The notes under the pieces are model-generated. The model searched no databases and had not been told where the DNA came from. It saw only the letters and a program-made list of their open reading frames with translations. Of a DNA stretch of 64,000 nt, positions 11,155 through 18,800 are shown one piece after another. Origin of the DNA: Flectonema sp. DT1601 (lineage: Eukaryota). The stretch spans positions 620,001 to 684,000 of the forward strand of contig OZ025806.1 in the NCBI GenBank assembly GCA_964019425.1, written 5' to 3'. The translations under genes and the position numbers were made by a program. Numbering within the stretch: position 1 is the first letter of the stretch; each line of letters starts with the position of its first letter.

Positions 11155-13002
11155 CTTTTTATTATTTTTAAAGAAAAAACAATCAGTTTAGCGTCTTGAC
11201 CAGGACGAAAAATAGAAAGTGATCGACATAGTCGATCGATAAAAAAACAATGATAACATTGTTTATTCTTTTTTTTTTATTTTAAATTCTTTTTATTTAT
11301 TTTTTAAAGAAAAAAAACGGAAATAGAAATTAGTCGACAAAGTCGAACGATAAAAAAAAACAATGATAACATTGTTTATTCTTTTTTTTGTATTTTTTTA
11401 TATTCTTTTTTATTAATTTTGAAAAAAAAAACAATCAGTTTAGCGTCTTGACCAGGACGGAAAATAGAAAGTAATCGACATAGTCGATCGATAAAAAAAA
11501 CAATGATAACATTGTTTATTCTTTTTTTTTTTTGTATTCTTTTATATTCTTTTTTATTAATTTTGAAAAAAAAAACAATCAGTTTAGCGTCTTGACCAGG
11601 ACGGAAAATAGAAAGTGATCGACATAGTCGATCGATAAAAAAACAATGATAACATTGTTTATTCTTTTTTTTTATTTTAAATTCTTTTTATTTATTTTTT
11701 AAAGAAAAAAAAAACGGAAAATAGAAATTAGTCGACAAAGTCGAACGATAAAAAAAAACAATGATAACATTGTTTATTCTTTTTTTTTTGTATTTTTTTA
11801 ATATTCTTTTTTATTAATTTTGAAAAAAAAACAAAAAGTGATCGACATAGTCGATCGATAAAAAAACAATGATAACATTGTTTATTCTTTTTTTTTATTT
11901 TAAATTCTTTTTATTTATTTTTTAAAGAAAAAAAAAACGGAAAATAGAAATTAGTCGACAAAGTCGAACGATAAAAAAAACAATGATAACATTGTTTATT
12001 CTTTTTTTTGTATTTTTTTATATTCTTTTTTATTAATTTTGAAAAAAAAAAACAATCAGTTTAGCGTCTTGACCAGGACGGAAAATAGAAAGTGATCGAC
12101 ATAGTCGATCGATAAAAAAAACAATGATAACATTGTTTATTCTTTTTTTTTATTTTAAATTCTTTTTATTTATTCTTTAAAGAAAAGAAACGGAAAATAG
12201 AAATTAGTCGACAAAGTCGAACGATAAAAAAAAACAATGATAACATTGTTTATTCTTTTTTTTTTTTTTTTTTATATTCTTTTTTATTAATTTTGAAAAA
12301 AAAAACAATCAGTTTAGCGTCTTGACCAGGACGGAAAATAGAAAGTGATCGACATAGTCGATCGATAAAAAAGCAATGATAACATTGTTTATTCTTTTTT
12401 TTTATTTTAAATTCTTTTTATTTATTCTTTAAAGAAAAGAAACGGAAAATAGAAATTAGTCGACAAAGTCGAACGATAAAAAAAAACAATGATAACATTG
12501 TTTATTCTTTTTTTTTTTTTTTTTTATATTCTTTTTTATTAATTTTGAAAAAAAAAACAATCAGTTTAGCGTCTTGACCAGGACGGAAAATAGAAAGTGA
12601 TCGACATAGTCGATCGATAAAAAAACAATGATAACATTGTTTATTCTTTTTTTTTATTTTAAATTCTTTTTATTTATTTTTTAAAGAAAAAAAACGGAAA
12701 ATAGAAATTAGTCAACAAAGTCGAACAATAAAAAAAAACAATGATAACATTGTTTATTCTTTTTTTTTTTTATATTCTTTTTTATTAATTTTGAAAAAAA
12801 AAACAATCAGTTTAGCGTCTTGACCAGGACGGAAAATAGAAAGTAATCGACATAGTCGATCGATAAAAAAACAAGGGTAAAGGGGTCTTTCCTACACAAA
12901 TAGTTTCAGAACTAACCATTTATTACAAAATCCAAAATGGCTGTAAACCGTCCAGTTCGATCCTGGGTGAGGGCATTTTTTTTTTTTCCCGATTTTTTTT
13001 TC

Positions 13003-13485
13003 AGGTTGGACTTTGTACAGGGAGGTTGGCTTTTATTAGTGGCTCCCCCCCCTTGGGGGGGGTTGGGGGGGGGGGCTTGCGTCCCGCCAAGAATTTGGCG
13101 GACGCAAGCCCCCCCCTTGCACTCTTCCCCAGCTTAACATCCATTAGTAGCAAACTTGTTTTTTCAGGTTGGACTTTGTACAGGGGAGGTTGGCTTTTAT
13201 TAGTGGCTCCCCCCCCTTGGGGGGGGTTGGGGGGGGGGGCTTGCGTTCCGCCAAGAACTTGGCGGAACGCAAGCCCCCCCTTGCACTCTTCCCAGCTTAA
13301 TATCCATTAGTAGCAAATTTGTTTTTTGAGGTTGGACTTTGTACAGGACAGGCAGACTTTGTACGGGAGAGGTTGGCTTTTATTAGTGGCTCCCCCCCCT
13401 TGGGGGGGGTTGGGGGGGGGGCTTGCGTTCCGCCAAGTTCTTGGCGGAACGCAAGCCCCCCCTTGCACTATACCCCAGCTTAATA
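13003..13485 (+). repeat. Three tandem ~165-185-bp GC-rich hairpin units inside the MULE-type MITE
   Basis: GGGGGGGCTTGCGTTCCGCCAAG-nn-CTTGGCGGAACGCAAGCCCCCC and CCCCCCCTTGGGGGGG in each unit. Confidence 0.9.
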
Positions 13486-13520
13486 CCTATTCTGGGTGAA
13501 AAAATCCGGTGAAAAAAAAA

Positions 13521-13594
13521 TGACGTTGGTCGGGATTGAGCCTGGGCGTCGGGTATCCAAAGTCAGTGCTCCCTCCGCTGAACCACATCCGCTC
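13521..13594 (-). pseudogene. Degenerate tRNA-like sequence within the MITE
   Basis: A-box-like TGGTTCAGCGG and B-box-like GGCTCAATCC at tRNA spacing, followed by a T9 run. The stems pair poorly. Confidence 0.4.
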
Positions 13595-14436
13595 TTAAAG
13601 ACAGGTGCGGGTCTCGATGCATCCCATATACAGTTTTTGGGTCCCCCAGCCATTTTGGATTTTGTAATGAATGGTTAGTTCTGAAACTATTTGTGTAGTA
13701 AACACTAGTTTGCCCAAAAAACAATGATAACATTGTTTATTCTTTTTTTTTATTTTAAATTCTTTTTATTTATTCTTTAAAGAAAAGAAACGGAAAATAG
13801 AAATTAGTCGACAAAGTCGAACGATAAAAAAAAACAATGATAACATTGTTTATTCTTTTTTTTTTTTTTTATATTCTTTTTTATTAATTTTTAAAAAAAA
13901 AAACAATCAGTTTAGCGTCTTGACCAGGACGGAAAATAGAAAGTGATCGACATAGTCGATCGATAAAAAAAAAAACAATGATAACATTGTTTATTCTTTT
14001 TTTTTTTTTTTATATTCTTTTTATTAATTTTTAAAAAAAAAAAAAAACAATCAGTTTAGCGTCTTGACCAGGACGGAAAACTGGAAGTAATCGACATAGT
14101 CGATCGATAAAAAAAACAATGATAACATTGTTTCATCTTTTATATTTTTTAATTTTTTTTTTATATTTGAAGAAAAGAAAGAAAAAAAAAAAAAAACAAG
14201 CGGAATTGATCATAATGGGTGGCAGGGGTTGATATAACTTCATTTGAAAATTCTTCTTTTTTAATTTCTTTTTTTTTTTTTTTTTTTTTTATTTAACAGG
14301 AGTTAAGATCACTTACATGAGTTAACACAACACAGATACGAGAGTAGCAAACTGAGGTAACACTACCAATTCAACAAAAAATAATCAGGATCGGACACAA
14401 GGAGGAGAGTTCATTCTACCTCTCACTGTCCTTGCT

Positions 14437-14531
14437 GGTATCTTAAGTGTCTTGGTATCTCTTTTGTGTCGGTATCTCGGAAGTGCTGGTATCTCGTATG
14501 TGCGTTGGTATCTCTTGCGTGATGGTATCTC
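14437..14531 (+). repeat. Six GGTATCT(C) motifs at 17/17/17/19/17-bp spacing
   Basis: Copies start at 14437, 14454, 14471, 14488, 14507 and 14524, with variable linkers. Confidence 0.8.
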
Positions 14532-14822
14532 TTGCACATAAGAAAAAATATTGAGTTAACATGATCAGTTTTATTTAAAATTAAAGACAGACCGGAACTA
14601 TTTGAAAATAAAATGTAGATGGGAAACAGTGAAAATTAAAATGAATGATAAAATTAAATGAGATTTATGACATAACAGACCAGATAGAGAGTAATAAAGG
14701 GAAAAGGAAAACGGGAAGGGTTCATTCACTTAGTTAAAGTTAAGACCGATTAGTCAGTTTAAGGTCTTGACTAGGACCAACAAAAAAAAAAAAAAAATAA
14801 ATAAATAAATAAATAAATAAAT

Positions 14823-15016
14823 AACGATCAAGCTGAGCTGATCTTGTTTTTATTAAAATAAGGGGAGCGGGAGGGATGGAAGGAATAAAGGAAAAAAAAA
14901 GAAAAGGTCGATCAATTGGATCTGGTCGTCGAGAAGAAGAAGACAATTATTTTAAAGGTCGATCGGCATAGCCGATCGTTGAGAAAAATAACCAGATATA
15001 AATACAATCAGTTTAA

Positions 15017-15052
<36 letters not shown>

Positions 15053-15245
15053 AACGATCAAGCTGAGCTGATCTTGTTTTTATTAAAATAAGGGGAGCGG
15101 GAGGGATGGAAGGAATAAAGGAAAAAAAAAGAAAAGGTCGATCAATTGGATCTGATCGTCGAGAAGAAGAAAACAATTATTTTTAAAAAAAAATGATCGG
15201 TATAGCCGATCGTTGAGAAAAGAACAGATATAAATACAATCGGTT
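14823..15245. repeat. Tandem duplication (~230-bp period) containing diverged satellite-like hairpins
   Basis: AACGATCAAGCTGAGCTGATCTTG...GGTCGATCAATTGGATC...CAGATATAAATACAATC occurs twice (from ~14823 and ~15053). Confidence 0.85.
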
Positions 15246-15810
15246 TTGGTGATCGACGAGTGGAGCGATCACTTGACAAGAAGGAAAAAAGAAAGGACCG
15301 ATTAATTGGGGCTTTGGTTGTATTCCCAAGGCATGTTTTTTTTTTTTTTTTTTTTTTTATTATTCATTTACATTATTTTTTTTTTTTTTTTTTTTAAATT
15401 AATAATCACATTTTGTTGTACTCTAATATGAAAAATATTTCATATTAGAGTAAAAGAAAAAGAAAAAAAGAAATAAGAGAAAAAAAAAAAAAAAACCATT
15501 GCTGGCCCCCTCACCACTCATAGAGGATGAGGAGGCCAGTAAGGCGTCACTCAAATCTATGCCAAGCCTTGGGAACTTGGATTGGGGTTTAGACCATTTA
15601 CGATTAACAATTGACAATGATGTTTTTGGAAGAGCTAAGCTAAGTGGCAAGGTTTCACTAACAGATCGACTTTTTGTCAGCATCTCAGGCTTCTTTTTGC
15701 CGAGGACGTGCGGCTTTCTTTGTGGTCTCACAGTGACACTTTTAAAAGAAATTATCTATTCCGGTGGGTATAAAAAAGGGGGAGGGGGCGGGTGAGTACA
15801 CCCACAGATC

Positions 15811-18800
15811 TCAGCGGTCATCTTTAAGTCTCTTTCCTGGGCTCAGGCTAGTCCTCCCTGAGTCCGCTGAACTGTATGGCGATATCTTCTTCTTTGTCTT
15901 CTCGTTCGAGGATGGGCACGACCTCGTCCTCCTGTGTCTTGGTGTACTGTCTGGGTGATCCAAGGCTCTGGAGGCGGTCTCCACTCCGGCGGTCCAACAT
16001 CTTCGACAGGTCGTTATCTGGCACTTCGTGCATCTGCTCCTGAACCATTTCCGTTGCAACAATCTATGGCAGAAGTCGCATTTGACCCTTGGTCCCTTTT
16101 GCAACGGCGGTGCATGGTCACATGTCGGTCGGGTATCTTCGGTATCGTTTGTGGAGACATCGGAGCTACTTGTCCCCGTCCGGGGTGGGCTGCTCCTTGC
16201 TCTTCTGGTCTTCGGTGTCGGATCTTCTGTAGAGCTGTTATGGCTGTCGAGGTCTAGCGTTCTGGCCACAGGGGGAGTGTGGGTCTCCTTGTCGTATGCT
16301 TGTAACTGCGATGACGGGCTGGACAAGTCGCGTTCCTCCTTGGTGAGGATGTCTACTGGTTCTTCAGAGGTGTCACACACTTCATTGTCGAGGGCGTCCG
16401 CTAGTTCTCCGGAGGCATCCTGTTCTATTTCGGTAAGGATGTCTGCTGGTTGTTCGGCGGTATCGCGCACTTCTTCGGCGAGGGTGTCTGCTAGTTCTCC
16501 GGCGGCATCCTGTTCTACTTCGGTAAGAATATCCGCTGGTTCTTCGGAGGCATCGCGTACTTCCCCGGTGAGGGTGTCTGTCTGTTCTCCAGGGGCATCA
16601 TATACTTCTTCCTTGAGGGTGTTTACTGTATCTTCGGAGGCATCGTGTTCACCTTTCTCCGGCGGGTCTATGGTTGCAACTATCGTCCTTAGACTGGCTG
16701 ACGGCAGGGGACTGCCTTCGGTGGGCAAATCTGTCGGTTTAGTGACTGGTGTGGCGCTGGCCGTGGCATCTTCCAATTCCTGACTTGCATTCGGCGGTGG
16801 GATGTCGGTTTCCTTTGGCTCCGGCTTACTCTGGCCGACATTGGTTGCAACTGCAGTTTCAACAGGTGAGGCGGTCGGCGCTACATTTTCTATCTCCGTC
16901 GTGACCGTCGGGTTCCGTTGGTTATCTACTAGTGGGGGGCCTTCTGAAGTCACTGAGTCTTCTCGGGCCACTTCAGGTGCGGACGTCTTCGACTTCTTCA
17001 CTGATACAGGCTCGTCTTGCGAATCTGAACCAGGGGACCACTGCTTCTTGCTCCTCGGACTGGCCGATGGCGTTGGGCTTCTATCGGGGTCGGCTATGGC
17101 GGGCGGTGGATGGTCTGCCTCAGCCTTTGGTTTTTTGACCGAGGCAGACTCTCCCTGCGAATCGGAATCTGGGGATCTCGGTTTCTTGGTTAACCGTAAT
17201 CCCAGCTCCCCTTCCAGTTCTGAGGTACGTCTCAACACGTCCATCAGCGAGCAGTAATCTCGAGAGGACACCTCTTCCGCCTTGAACTGCGCACAGTTGT
17301 TGGCGACGTTTGGTGTGTTGAGGAAGCTCCATGTGTCCGGCACAGCCCCCGCCAGTCCCGTCCGTGTTGTCGCACTCCACGTGTTCATATTTCCTCTGCA
17401 ACTCCAGGTGGCATTTCTATCCTGTTGACTCATCTTCTGTATCCCCTTGAGGGCAGCATAGTAGGAGGCTAGCCCGAGGTCTGCAGTGTCGAGCGTCGCA
17501 CCCCAGCTGGCCGTCAACTTGTGCAGTTGCGTGTCCAACAGGCAGGCGGCCGCCCCCGTCCTCCCAGTGTTCAAGTTCCTATGACTGGCAAAGAATAGGC
17601 ACATGCGAGGCGAGTCCTGTTGAGGTCCCCCTGCCATGTGGTCCCACCAGTATAGAGAGGCTTCCAATCGCGAGTTGAAGGCCTTGTACCGGCTTCTGGT
17701 GAACTCGTTTACCATCGAGCTCGCTTCGCGCCAGCAGTCGTACAGACCGGACTTTCGGCCCCTGACTACTGCGTACCATTTGCTGCCCGGCGATGGAGCG
17801 ACTTTGGTATCCCCTGATGGTGGGTTGTACCTCTCGACAAATCGCTGGGCCGACTCGCGGAGGACGAATCTTTGGTGGACGGCGCCTCTGTATTTGTGCA
17901 CCTCCCTCTTCGTTTCCTCCCACGTGGTATAGACTCCCGGGGATCTGCCTTCGGCGACTCCGTAGAAGAAAGATGGCTTCCTGTTGGAGGGTGCTAAAAT
18001 CCGTCTTGGATCCTGGGTGGAGGAGGGTAGCTGCTCTCGTCTCAGGTACAGGGCGACGCAGGGCTTTACTTGTGTGACCTTCGACGTGTAGATTCCCTCG
18101 GCAGAATCGTCTTGTTTCAGCCATCCCCCCCTTCCATTTGTCGTATACGACACATAGTGCCCCGAGACCTCGTTAAATCTGACGTGTTGGATCATTCCAG
18201 TCAGGGTGTAGAGGCGGCTCGATGCGTCTATGAAGGATTCTGGAAGGGTGACTTCATCGGGTTTGGTATCTCCAAAATGTCCCTCTTTGAACCCAAGGAA
18301 CAGCGAACGGGCTGGCTCGTCTACCGATGTAACGATCTCCGCTGAGCACGATTTACAACTCGGGCAGGTGAAGTCTGTCGGGCTTGTCGTCGTTTCGTCA
18401 AGGGCAGACGCTGTCTTTTGGTCAGGTTCCAGTCTGAGGATGGGCGTTCTATACCGTACCGTGTGTATGTCTTCGCAGACTTGACACGTGCGGATTTGCG
18501 TTACCGTGGACACGAAGTCGACTGGTGGAGCTCCCGCCTCAACGATTGCTTCGAGCAGCTCTGACAGTGCATGTTCGGCTTCCGATTGTCCCGGACCGCA
18601 GCGTGGTTTCATCCATTCCCATATCTTCTTCGCTGCCAAAACAGACCCCGATCGCTTCAGCTCCCTCAGGGTGCATAAGACACAGTCTGCTGAGTGTTCC
18701 GGCAATTTGTTGCATTCCGGAAGAGGCATGCCCTTGCATAGGCACTGCAGCGCTGCGTTCATGTAGCAGGAATCCCCGAGATTCTGAATCCCCTCCAGGC

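Larger units (their letters stand above)
12875..13715. mobile_element. 841-bp non-autonomous Mutator(MULE)-type TIR element with 9-bp TSD
   Basis: ~69-bp imperfect TIRs beginning GGG and sharing CTACACAAATAGTTTCAGAACTAACCATT..TTACAAAATCCAAAATGGCTG. TSD AAAAAACAA at 12866-74 and 13716-24. Confidence 0.85.
10310..14170 (-). repeat. Hairpin satellite array (~24 units) with a long/short higher-order dimer in its central part
   Basis: Direct inspection shows mostly alternating type I/type II units at about 11180-13950, interrupted by the MITE at 12875. Confidence 0.92.

Noticed and set aside
13521..13594. Functional tRNA-Gln gene
   Set aside because: The acceptor and anticodon stems do not pair and the T-loop is altered. 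Kept only as a tRNA-like relic.
1140..14170. CRISPR-like array (palindromic repeats at regular spacing)
   Set aside because: The intervening sequences are homopolymer tracts and conserved blocks rather than unique spacers. There are no cas genes and the context is eukaryotic.
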